A DNA stretch of 64,000 nt from Acetobacteraceae bacterium (GTDB taxonomy: Bacteria; Pseudomonadota; Alphaproteobacteria; Acetobacterales; Acetobacteraceae), in contig CBDAQU010000002.1 in NCBI GenBank assembly GCA_965199235.1, positions 2,880,232 to 2,944,231 on the forward strand. Direction: 5' to 3'. The notes beneath the pieces are model-generated. The model was not told the DNA's origin. It saw only the letters and a list, made by a program, of their open reading frames with translations, and made no database searches. Position numbers and translations under genes: made by a program. Shown here in pieces: positions 47,707-55,986 of this stretch. Positions within the stretch are counted from its first letter, which is position 1. Each line of letters opens with the position of its first letter.

Positions 47707-47723
47707 CTGTAATCAAGTTACAG
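47707..47723. promoter_or_regulatory. Island operator, copy 3 (CTGTAATCAAGTTACAG)
   Basis: 17-bp palindrome about 520 bp upstream of the TBDR start. Confidence 0.6.
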
Positions 47724-47911
47724 TAGCTATGGCGCGTGGCGGAGTCTCGCGCAAGGGTTTAATGGACAGCTCGGCGGCCGCGGTTCACGCTGGCTCACGC
47801 CGCAAAGTCCGCTTTGATCGGGGGAAAGTTAACCTGGGCAGGCCGAGACAGCGAAGGAACGCTGCGGACCCGTGGTGCGCCGACAGCAGTAGTTCAGAGG
47901 ACGATCAGGCT

Positions 47912-48107
47912 TTTCTGCGCGAAGCGGTCGGGAAGACAGGTAGGTGGCGCTCGCCCGCGTCATGATTTCGCAACGGGAGCATACAATCGCAATCCGGCCG
48001 CTTGAGGATGGTTTGGCGCTCCACACCTAGAACGAGGAACGGGACTTCAACAGTGCCAAATCGCTGTTCGAAGATACCACAAGTTCGAGGTCGATCCCGA
48101 GGTGGTC
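47912..48107 (+). pseudogene. ku: Ku (NHEJ) protein internal fragment, degraded
   Basis: LREAVGKTG / VALARVMISQREHTIAIRPLEDGLALHT*NEERDFNSAKSLFE / VDPEVV: Ku core motif with frameshifts and an in-frame TAG at 48028. Not in the ORF track. Confidence 0.75.
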
Positions 48108-48237
48108 AGTCATTGTACACTATAGTCTATAGTTCGTGACTGGTTGGCGATGATTGCGAAGTGTGTAAGGTCGGGCCAGCCACGAAAGTGTTCAGACCTG
48201 AGACGGGCGATGGCTGGCTGGCTGTGCCCTCGCTCTG

Positions 48238-48849
48238 TCAGCGACCCAGCCGCCGCAACGCTGCAGGGTAGGCCCGCAGAGGCCGAGCGCGGTGTTGACG
48301 AGGGCAGGGTGTGTTAGCGCCCGCGGGGAGTTCCCCGCCAAGTATTTGCCCGCAACCCAATGCTTGCCCGCAACCCAAATGCTTGCCCGCAACCCAAATG
48401 CTTGCCCGCGACGTTGTACTCCTCAGATAGCAGGCCCAGATCGTTCGCCACCGCCAGCACGCGCTCGAATTGTGCCCGGGCCTCCTGCTTGCGTCCCTGC
48501 ATGTTCAGGCAGTCGGCCATCCAGCAGGAGCAGGCGAGGAACGCGCCTTTGCTCGGCCCGTCCGCCTTGGCCTTGTTGCGGCGGATCAACCCGCCGTCCG
48601 ACAGCTCGCGCCGGATGGTCGCGATGGTGGCCGCCATACGAGGATCGTCCGCCGGCAGGAAACCGACCAGCGGCAGCAGCAGGCTGGCGTCTATAGCCTG
48701 GCCGCCATGATGCTGGACGAAACTGCCCAGGCCCTGGTTCCAGCCTTTCCGGCAGACCTCGTCGTGAATGGTCTCGATCCGTCGCGATTCAGCAGCGCGG
48801 CAGTCTCGCCATCGCCCAGCAGGGCGTTGGCCTCGAGCGGATGGCTCAC
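48238..48849 (-). pseudogene. Glycoside hydrolase family 15 (trehalase/glucoamylase-like) pseudogene
   Basis: N-terminus MSHPLEANALLGDGETAALLNRDGS is fused out of frame to C-terminal IHDEVCRKGWN...DASLLLPLVGFLPADDPRM...FLACSCW...LGLLSEEY...GNSPRALTHPALVNTA; the central part is deleted. Confidence 0.85.
48344..48409. repeat. 19-bp tandem expansion inside the GH15 pseudogene
   Basis: TGCTTGCCCGCAACCCAAA units; extra 19+19+18 = 56 bp, which shifts the frame. Confidence 0.9.
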
Positions 48850-48859
48850 CTGCCCGGGC

Positions 48860-49855
48860 CTATACCTTCAGCCGCTTGGCAAGCAGGTGGACGCTGGTCA
48901 CCAGGCCGATGCCGGCCACGGCCCAGAACGCCGTGCGGTGCCGGTCGGTAAACATTTCCCAGCTGCCGAGCCTGGACCGGCTGTCGAAACGGCCATGCGC
49001 GCCGTAATCGCCTGGCACGGCATTAAACAGGTTGGCCGGCGCGTCGTGCGCCAGCGTCTCGTCGCTGAGCTGGCCCTTATAGCCGGCAGTGGCGAGATAG
49101 CGATCGATCCAGCCCGGGGCGATTCGATTGGCGAGGATCGCCTTCACCGTGGGAAAGCCGACCCAGACCTCCCGCCGCCTATGGGTGGCGGCGAAAAAGA
49201 TGGCGCGCGCTGGCACCTCCGGCTCGAAGATCGGCGCCACCGGCTTGGCCTTCATGCCCATCTTGTTCAGCGCCCAGTCGAATTGCGGCGTGTTCACCGC
49301 CGGCAGGTCCACCGTCGTCAGGTGCACGGCAAGCTTGTCGTGGATGATCTCGGAGCGCAGCGAATCGGTGAAGCCGCGTATCGCGGCCTTGGCTCCGCAA
49401 TACACGGATTGCAGCGGCACCGACCGGTACGCCAGGGCGGAGCCGACATTGACGATGGTGCCGGCGTTGCGCGTGCGCATCCGTGCAAGTGCGGCCATCA
49501 TGCCGTGCACCTGGCCGAGATAGGTGACCCTGGTGCCACGCTCGATCTCCGCCGCGGTGAGCTTGGAGACCGGCGCGAACACCGTGGCCATGGCGACGTT
49601 AACCCACACGTCGATCGGCCCGAGCTCGGTCTCGGCACGGTCGGCGGCGGCCTCGACGGCCTCGGCATCGGCCACGTCCGTCGGTATGGCGAGCGCGCGC
49701 ACGCCGTAGGTCGCGCGCAGGCCGGCAGCGGCCGCCTCCAGCCGGGTCGGGTCGCGGGCCAGGAGGGCCACATCGTAGCCCTGCCTGGCAAATTCCTCGA
49801 CGGTGGCCCGGCCTACGCCGGCGCTGGCACCGGTAACGACGACGATCTTCGGCAT
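48860..49855 (-). CDS. Short-chain dehydrogenase/reductase (SDR)
   Basis: VTGASAGVGRA, SALAYRSVPLQSVYCGAK, LPAVNTPQF. Confidence 0.93.
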   Translation of the reverse strand: MPKIVVVTGASAGVGRATVEEFARQGYDVALLARDPTRLEAAAAGLRATYGVRALAIPTDVADAEAVEAAADRAETELGPIDVWVNVAMATVFAPVSKLTAAEIERGTRVTYLGQVHGMMAALARMRTRNAGTIVNVGSALAYRSVPLQSVYCGAKAAIRGFTDSLRSEIIHDKLAVHLTTVDLPAVNTPQFDWALNKMGMKAKPVAPIFEPEVPARAIFFAATHRRREVWVGFPTVKAILANRIAPGWIDRYLATAGYKGQLSDETLAHDAPANLFNAVPGDYGAHGRFDSRSRLGSWEMFTDRHRTAFWAVAGIGLVTSVHLLAKRLKV

Positions 49856-49901
49856 TTGGTTTCCTTCAGGTGCAGGAGCTGGCGCTTGGTCGGCGTGCTG
49901 T

Positions 49902-50876
49902 TCAGGCAACCGGCGCGGCGGCGGCCGCCGGCTTCGGCCGACGCAACTCGATCGCGGGAAAGCCCACGATGTCGTACGTAGCGGACGCAACGCCGATCCC
50001 GGCGTCGTCCAATGCGGTGATGATCTGCCGGCTCATCGCGTCCTTGACGCCGCGTATGCGGTGCGTGCCAACCAGGAAACGTACGGTCAACTCCAGCCAG
50101 TTATCCGTCAGACGATAGTATACCCGCGGGTCGAGATCGACCGGGTCCACCCCGAACCGCTCCTCCAGCTCGACCTTCCTCTCCACCGCCATCCCGCTGG
50201 CCTCCGTCGCGTGGCGCCCGGCGGCCTCCAGCAGGATGGCTTCGGCGCGGGCACGGTCCGCGGTGTAGGTGATGGGGATCGCAATCTCCTCCCAGATGAA
50301 CGGGAAGTCGCGGGTGTAGTTGAATACAGGCTCGGCGAAGATCTTGCTGTTGCTGACGGTGACGATACGGCCGGTGAACTGGCGCGAGTGCACCCACATG
50401 GCAGGCTCGGCGCCCTGCACGCTGGGCGGCTGGCCCATCTCCATGATGGTGGTCTGGACGAAACCAAGCCGCATGACGTCACCGCGTACCCCGCCCATGG
50501 TGATGCGGTCGCCGACGGTGAAGGTGCTGCCGCGCAGGATGACGAAGTAGCCGGCAATGGAAGTGACCACCTGCTGCAGCGCGAAGGCTAGGCCGGCGGA
50601 GACCAGGCCCAGCGCGGTGGCGAGCCGGGCCGGATCGCTGAACCAGATCGACAGGAGGCCCAGGATCAGCACCACTGCGGCCAACAGGCTGACGCCCTGC
50701 CTGGCCCAGAACTTGACTTGCAGCGGCGTGCCCTTGCCGCCACCGGTCAGCAGGCCGGCCAGCTTGCGCAGTACCCAGCTCGCCGCCAGCACGACCGCGA
50801 CGAAAGCCAGCGAGAGCAGCAGCCTGCGCCCGTTCTGGGGAGTCACGCCGACCCAGTCGATGCCGAAGATATGCAT
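49902..50876 (-). CDS. MscS family mechanosensitive channel
   Basis: GLAFALQQVVTSIAGYFVIL, FTVGDRITMGGVRGDV, VFNYTRDFPFIWEEI. Confidence 0.92.
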   Translation of the reverse strand: MHIFGIDWVGVTPQNGRRLLLSLAFVAVVLAASWVLRKLAGLLTGGGKGTPLQVKFWARQGVSLLAAVVLILGLLSIWFSDPARLATALGLVSAGLAFALQQVVTSIAGYFVILRGSTFTVGDRITMGGVRGDVMRLGFVQTTIMEMGQPPSVQGAEPAMWVHSRQFTGRIVTVSNSKIFAEPVFNYTRDFPFIWEEIAIPITYTADRARAEAILLEAAGRHATEASGMAVERKVELEERFGVDPVDLDPRVYYRLTDNWLELTVRFLVGTHRIRGVKDAMSRQIITALDDAGIGVASATYDIVGFPAIELRRPKPAAAAAPVA

Positions 50877-50883
50877 GGCGCTC

Positions 50884-51252
50884 CTAGCGTTTCACGGCCG
50901 GGACGCCTGCGCGCCGCAACTCAGCCTTGTCGATTTCCTGCTGCAGGAAGAAGTTGAGCGCCGTACGCAGCACGACGATGGCGCCTAGTTGCCCGATCTC
51001 TGTCCAGGTGGGTGCGACCGCCGTTCGCAGGATGTCCGCCCCCAGCTCCAGCTCGAGTGCCACAGCCAACCAGCGTCCGAGCCGCAGGCGGACCGCCTCC
51101 TTGGCGTCCGGCTCCCCGGCGACCATCCGTCCGGGCACGAACAGCACCAGGGCCCGCAAGGTTGCCTCGATCGCGGCCAGGCCGATCAGCAGCGCCGCCG
51201 CCGCCTCCACGCCGCCCGCCAGCAACAGGGTCGCCTGCTTGAGGAGGTCCAC
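50884..51252 (-). CDS. DUF1622 family membrane protein
   Basis: RLRLGRWLAVALELELGADILRTAVAPTWTEIGQLGAIVVLRTALNFFL. Confidence 0.88.
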   Translation of the reverse strand: MDLLKQATLLLAGGVEAAAALLIGLAAIEATLRALVLFVPGRMVAGEPDAKEAVRLRLGRWLAVALELELGADILRTAVAPTWTEIGQLGAIVVLRTALNFFLQQEIDKAELRRAGVPAVKR

Positions 51253-52575
51253 TCAGTCCATCCCGTCGTCACTCAGCGCGCCCAGCGCGCCGTGTCGGCG
51301 GACCGCGGCGAACCTGCGATGGCGCAGGCGAACATCCCCAAGGTCGGCCGCGGTGGAGACGTCGCGCTCGGCATCGCCCAGGACCAGGTCGGCGTGGCGC
51401 TGCAATTCGGCCAAGCGGCTGGCGTCGCGCTCGCAGCCGGCAACCGCGGTCAGCACGTCGAGCTGGTGGATCAGCACGGCGGCGTTGCCGGCGGCGTTCT
51501 GCCGCAGCATGTGGAACATGGCGTCCGTCAGGCCGCCATAGCCGATGGCCGGCACAACCAGCACCGCGCGCCCGTCATGTAAACTCACCCCGCCGGACAG
51601 ATGCAGCCTGGCCACGTCGCACAGGGCCGCTCCCAGGCGATCGAGCACGCTCATCGCCGTGTGCGGATCGTTGATGCCGGGCGACAGCGCCCGCACGCCC
51701 ACCTCGACCAGCTGGCGTATGGCGAACTCAAGGTCGCCGGCGCTGATCCGTTCGCCGCCTACGGCCGTGGCCGTGCGGATGGCCGCAGCCGCGCCGTCCA
51801 CCGCCGGTGTCATGACCGCGATTGCGGCGCCGGGGAACACGTAGTCCCCGGGGCGCACAAGCAGGCGCAGCGTGGTGCAGTGCGCGGCTGCCCAAGCAGC
51901 CAGGCCGGTGTCGTCGAGCTGTTGCAGGTAGCCGCGCCGTGGATCGGTGACCGGCGTGGCCGTGCGCCAGGTCGCCGGCTGCGGCGGCGCCGGCTGGGGT
52001 TCCGCGTGCATCAGGCGGCTGATCGCCCGGCGCACGTCCTCGCTGACCAGCTCGATGACGGTGTCCACGTTGATCCGGCCGGCCATGTGGCCGACGAAAA
52101 ACACCAGCGTGGCCACGCAGACGAACGCCAGCAGGATGGCGATGCTCAGCGACAGATGCGGGACGAACTCGCCCTCGCCATGCGTGCGTACGGACCGGAG
52201 CACCATCAGCGCGTAGGAAAACGTGCCGAGAAAGGCGCCGAGAGACAGCTGGTTGCCGCGGTCCCGGGTGAAGTTGCGCAGCAGGCGCGGACCCATCTGC
52301 CCCGCGGCAAGCGAGAGCGCCGCGATGGTGATGGAGAACACCGTGCCGGCGACGCCGATGGTGGACGACGCCACCGCGCCCAGCAGGGTTCGCGCGCCTG
52401 TGCCGCCCCCGTTATAGAGCCAGGGACTTTCGATCAGCCATCGCGGCACGAAACCGCTGCGGTCGACCGCCACCAGCCCGACACCAAGCAGCACGCCGCC
52501 AACGACCATACCGCCTGGCAGCAGCCAGAACGTGTCGCCCAAGGTGGCGAGCAGCTTGCGGAAACGGGCCTTCAA
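51253..52575 (-). CDS. DUF2254 family membrane protein
   Basis: VAGTVFSITIAALSLAAGQMGPRLLRNF, FLGTFSYAL, LVEVGVRALSPGINDPHTA; TTG start. Confidence 0.9.
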   Translation of the reverse strand: MKARFRKLLATLGDTFWLLPGGMVVGGVLLGVGLVAVDRSGFVPRWLIESPWLYNGGGTGARTLLGAVASSTIGVAGTVFSITIAALSLAAGQMGPRLLRNFTRDRGNQLSLGAFLGTFSYALMVLRSVRTHGEGEFVPHLSLSIAILLAFVCVATLVFFVGHMAGRINVDTVIELVSEDVRRAISRLMHAEPQPAPPQPATWRTATPVTDPRRGYLQQLDDTGLAAWAAAHCTTLRLLVRPGDYVFPGAAIAVMTPAVDGAAAAIRTATAVGGERISAGDLEFAIRQLVEVGVRALSPGINDPHTAMSVLDRLGAALCDVARLHLSGGVSLHDGRAVLVVPAIGYGGLTDAMFHMLRQNAAGNAAVLIHQLDVLTAVAGCERDASRLAELQRHADLVLGDAERDVSTAADLGDVRLRHRRFAAVRRHGALGALSDDGMD

Positions 52576-52647
52576 TCAGCTTCCAGTCTGCGTGGCGGTG
52601 ACCCGGCGGTGTTGGCTTTCCTGCGTGCCCTGGCTGCCAGGACCGTG

Positions 52648-52696
52648 TTAGAGCAATGTCACGCAGGCTGGAATGGTCGGAGTGACATTGCTCGAA
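52648..52696. repeat. Short palindromic intergenic element (TAGAGCA...TGCTC type)
   Basis: GAGCAATGTCAC-N19-GTGACATTGCTC, 12-bp perfect arms, downstream of the tRNA-Gln 3' end. Confidence 0.65.
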
Positions 52697-52759
52697 TAGG
52701 GCGAGCTGTCCCGACGAGGATGTTGGCCGGAAAGACATGGCCCGGCACGCGCAAGACAC

Positions 52760-52834
52760 TGGCTGGGGCGGGAGGATTCGAACCTCCGCATGGCGGAATC
52801 AAAATCCGCTGCCTTACCGCTTGGCGACGCCCCA
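52760..52834 (-). tRNA. tRNA-Gln (UUG)
   Basis: TGGGGCGTCGCCAAGCGGTAAGGCAGCGGATTTTGATTCCGCCATGCGGAGGTTCGAATCCTCCCGCCCCAGCCA. Confidence 0.97.
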
Positions 52835-53752
52835 ATCGTGCTCGTCATTAGGTGTGCCGCGCGGCCCCGTAAAGTGCTCCTGCCACAGCGGGCCGCCCCA
52901 GCACCACCAGCCGGGCCGGGCGAGGGCGGCGGCGGCGGCGGCGGCCTGACCGGCGCTGGGAAACAGGCCGAAACAGGTGGCGCCAGACCCGCTCATCCTG
53001 GCGAGGCCGCAGTGTTGCGCGTGGCCAAGGGCGGCGAGCACGTCACGGAGCGGCGGGCACAGCGTTGTGGCCGGCAGCTCCAGGTCGTTACGTTGCCGCG
53101 ACAGGTCGGCGGCCATCGAGGCGAAATCGGCCCAGGCAGGCGGCAGGATCAGCGGCGGCGAAAACGCGCCGGCGCGGGCCCCGAACACCGATGCCGTCGG
53201 AAGGGCGACGCCGGGGTTGATCAGCACGATCCCGCACTCAGGCATCCCGGGCGCCGGCGAGAGATCCTCGCCGATCCCCGCCATGCGGCGCGACGCGGCG
53301 TCGAGGCATACGGGGACGTCGGCGCCCAACGACGCCGCAATCGCGTGCAGCTCGCCTGGGGTGGGCGACAGGCGCCAGAACGAGGCGAGCAGGCGCAGGG
53401 CGGCGGCGGCGTCGGCCGAACCGCCGCCGATGCCGGATGCGACCGGCAGATGTTTGTCCAGGTGCAGCGCGGCTGCGGCGTCGACCCGGCAAAACTCGGC
53501 CAGCGCGCGCGCGGCCCGCAGCACCAGATTGTCCGGCTCAGCCGTCAAACCGCGGGCGAACGGGCCGCCCAGCGTCAGGCACAGGCGCTCGGCAGGCGAG
53601 GCTGCCAGGCGGTCATGCGCGCCGGCGAACACCACGAGGCTGTCGAGCAGGTGGTAGCCGTCCCCGCGCCGGCCGGTCACGTGAAGGGCAAGGTTGACCT
53701 TGGCGGGAGCCGCCTCGCTCAGCACGCGCAAGCTGTTTGTGCTGGCGAGCAT
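52814..53752 (-). CDS. ispE: 4-diphosphocytidyl-2-C-methyl-D-erythritol kinase
   Basis: EAAPAKVNLALHVTGRRGDGYHLLDSL, KHLPVASGIGGGSADAAA, LGADVP, MSGSGATCF. Confidence 0.95.
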   Translation of the reverse strand: MLASTNSLRVLSEAAPAKVNLALHVTGRRGDGYHLLDSLVVFAGAHDRLAASPAERLCLTLGGPFARGLTAEPDNLVLRAARALAEFCRVDAAAALHLDKHLPVASGIGGGSADAAAALRLLASFWRLSPTPGELHAIAASLGADVPVCLDAASRRMAGIGEDLSPAPGMPECGIVLINPGVALPTASVFGARAGAFSPPLILPPAWADFASMAADLSRQRNDLELPATTLCPPLRDVLAALGHAQHCGLARMSGSGATCFGLFPSAGQAAAAAAALARPGWWCWGGPLWQEHFTGPRGTPNDEHDWGVAKR

Positions 53753-53790
53753 GCGTGTCGTGGTTGAAGATCGCTCGAAGCGATAATGCT

Positions 53791-54192
53791 CTACGCCTTC
53801 CGCCTGGCCAGCATGCCGCTGCAGATCACGTCCAGCGCGGTGACGCCGGCGAGCGAGACGAGGGCCAGCGCCGCGCTGGCCCGGCGTGGGCCGCGCAACC
53901 CGAGCGCCGCGGTGGCGATGTCCAGGGCATCGCCACCCACGCGGCCGTACACCCAGTATGTCGGGTTGCGGGAGCGCAGGATGCCGATGCCCGTGCCGAT
54001 CTCGCGCAGCCCGTAGCTGCGCACCAGCGATTCCTGCCCGCGCAGGCCAAGCAGCCGGGTCAGCACGCGCGGCAGCAACAGCTCGACCGTGCCGAGTGCG
54101 ATGGAGAACCAGCCCAGGGCCTGGGCGAGCTCGATGGGCGCAGCGCCAGCCTGGTTTCGAGGCCGTTGGATATCGACGATCGTTCCTGGCAT
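53791..54192 (-). CDS. Small membrane protein, stress-associated type (LGWFSIALG...YGLREIGTG)
   Basis: LAQALGWFSIALGTVELL.P, RSYGLREIGTGIGIL, WVYGRVGGDALDIA: the family often seen N-terminal to cyclase/dehydrase domains. Confidence 0.75.
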   Translation of the reverse strand: MPGTIVDIQRPRNQAGAAPIELAQALGWFSIALGTVELLLPRVLTRLLGLRGQESLVRSYGLREIGTGIGILRSRNPTYWVYGRVGGDALDIATAALGLRGPRRASAALALVSLAGVTALDVICSGMLARRKA

Positions 54193-54263
54193 CACGTGTC
54201 TCCCGCAGCAGGCCGCGGCCTGCATGCTCCGATCCTGGTCGATCGAAAGCTCCCGACCTGGTT

Positions 54264-54288
54264 AACGGCACGCGCGGCGCCGCGTTGC
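54264..54288 (-). promoter_or_regulatory. Putative EcfG-type promoter GCAAC-N16-CGTT
   Basis: 72 nt upstream of the 54192 start. Confidence 0.45.
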
Positions 54289-54296
54289 CGCCCGGC

Positions 54297-55904
54297 CTAC
54301 GGAGTGGCGCTTTTCAGCCGCCCCTCTATCCTCGCCTGCTCGTCGGCATCGGGCTTGAGGACCAGCGCGCGGCGCCATTGCTCCTCGGCCTCCAAGTGTC
54401 GGCCGACGGTCCAGTAGGCGTCGCCGAGGTGGCCGGTGATGCTGGCGTCCTCCGGCTCCAGTTCGGCGGCCTTTTCCAGCAGGCGCAGGGCCTCGTGCGC
54501 GTCGCCCAGGCGCAGCTTCACCCAGCCCAGGCTGTCCACGATGGCGCCGTCGTTGGGGCGGGCATGCAGCGCGCGCTGGATCATGTCCTCCGCGGCGGGC
54601 AGGTTCTGGTTGCGGTCGGCCATCGAGTAGCCCAGGAAATTCAGCGCGGACGGCTGGTCGGGCGACAGCTCCAGCGCCCGGTTCATGTCGGCCTGCGCGC
54701 GCGGCCATTCGTGCAGCCGTTCCAGCGCCGCCCCGCGCGCGTAGAACAGCGTCCAGTCGGACGCGACCGGGTGCGGCATCAGGGCGATCGCCTGGTCGTA
54801 TGCGGCGACCGCGCCGGAGAACCGGTTTTCGCCGGCGAGCGTGTCGCCGAGCTGGGCCAGCGGCTCCGGCCGGTCCGGCATGGCAGCGGCCAGCCTGGTC
54901 AGCACCTCGACCGCCTTTGGCGCCCGGTCGTCTCGCGCGTACAGCGCGGCCAGGCGAAGCTGGACGACCGGGGAGAGCGGTTCGCTCGTGGGGATACGTT
55001 CCAGCTCCGCCGCAGCTACGGTCCACTGGTGCCGCGCGCCGGCGATTTCGGAGGCCAACAGGTGCGCCTCCGCCATGTCCGGAACCAAAGCAAGCGCCAC
55101 CTTCACCAGCAGCTCGCCGGCGTCGTGGTCGGCCTCGCCCGTGGACGCTGCTGCAACCTCGACCAGCACCTGCGCCAGCGCATAGACGGGCGCCGGTGCG
55201 CGCGGGTGGGCGAGTGCGGCGACCAGGCCGGGCTGGGCGATGGCCAGCTCCGGCGTTGCCTGGACCGCCTTGGCCAGGGTTGCGCGCGCGCCCTGCACGT
55301 CGCCGCTGCGCGCCTGCCAACTGGCCAGGATCTGCGCGAACTGCAGGCTCGGCTGGGTCTGTGCCTGGGCCAGGTCCGTGTAGAGACGCTGGGCCAGCCC
55401 GTCGCGATGCGCGGCGTCGGCGATCATGGCTGCGTGCAGCAGGGCGACGGTGCCGAGGCGGTTGTTGGTGAGCGCCGGCTGCAAGGTGTCCATCGCCCGG
55501 TCGGACTGCCCCTGCGCCTGCTGCGCCCAGGCGACCAGAAGCGGGCGCAGCGCGTCCGACAGCGGCTGGTGCGGCAGTTCGGCAAAGCCCAGCTCGGCCT
55601 GCGGCCAGTTGCCGTCATGCGCGGCGTTGGCGGCCAGCAGCAATTGCGCGAGCGGGTTGGCGGGCAGGTCGCGGGCCAGACGCGGCGCCTCCGGCGAACC
55701 TGCCAGAAGGGAGAGCACGAACGCGTCCTCGCGCAGCTCCATGTTGCCGGGGTCGGCCGCCAGCGCGTCCTGCATGCGCGCCGCGGCGAACGGCAGGTCG
55801 CCCTGATGGGCGGCGAATTGCGACACCAGGTAGTCCGCCGGGTGCGCGGCCCGGGCAGCGGTGGCGAGCAGGGTGGCGGCCAGGGTCGCTGCAATTCTGT
55901 TCAT
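54297..55904 (-). CDS. Tetratricopeptide repeat protein (exported)
   Basis: C-terminal TPRs ALNFLGYSMAD, AIVDSLGWV, ITGHLGDAYW; conserved position between ETF-QO and ispE. Confidence 0.9.
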   Translation of the reverse strand: MNRIAATLAATLLATAARAAHPADYLVSQFAAHQGDLPFAAARMQDALAADPGNMELREDAFVLSLLAGSPEAPRLARDLPANPLAQLLLAANAAHDGNWPQAELGFAELPHQPLSDALRPLLVAWAQQAQGQSDRAMDTLQPALTNNRLGTVALLHAAMIADAAHRDGLAQRLYTDLAQAQTQPSLQFAQILASWQARSGDVQGARATLAKAVQATPELAIAQPGLVAALAHPRAPAPVYALAQVLVEVAAASTGEADHDAGELLVKVALALVPDMAEAHLLASEIAGARHQWTVAAAELERIPTSEPLSPVVQLRLAALYARDDRAPKAVEVLTRLAAAMPDRPEPLAQLGDTLAGENRFSGAVAAYDQAIALMPHPVASDWTLFYARGAALERLHEWPRAQADMNRALELSPDQPSALNFLGYSMADRNQNLPAAEDMIQRALHARPNDGAIVDSLGWVKLRLGDAHEALRLLEKAAELEPEDASITGHLGDAYWTVGRHLEAEEQWRRALVLKPDADEQARIEGRLKSATP

Positions 55905-55986
55905 CAGGGCAGCCTAGACTGGCGGAACGGCGCTGTCAGCATGACGGGTGGCCGACATCGCGGCGGGCGCACGCTGGCGGCGTGGA

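Noticed and set aside
47192-47720. Cobalamin riboswitch ahead of the TBDR
   Set aside because: Only a partial CCCGCAA; no B12 box or conserved GGGAA/ACTG core recognisable.
47269-48026. ORF-track ORFs between the TBDR and the GH15 pseudogene
   Set aside because: No RBS or motifs; the only recognisable coding signal is the broken Ku fragment in mixed frames.
48344-48409. Possible CRISPR or iteron array
   Set aside because: Head-to-tail copies derived from GH15 coding sequence; no spacers and no rep gene.
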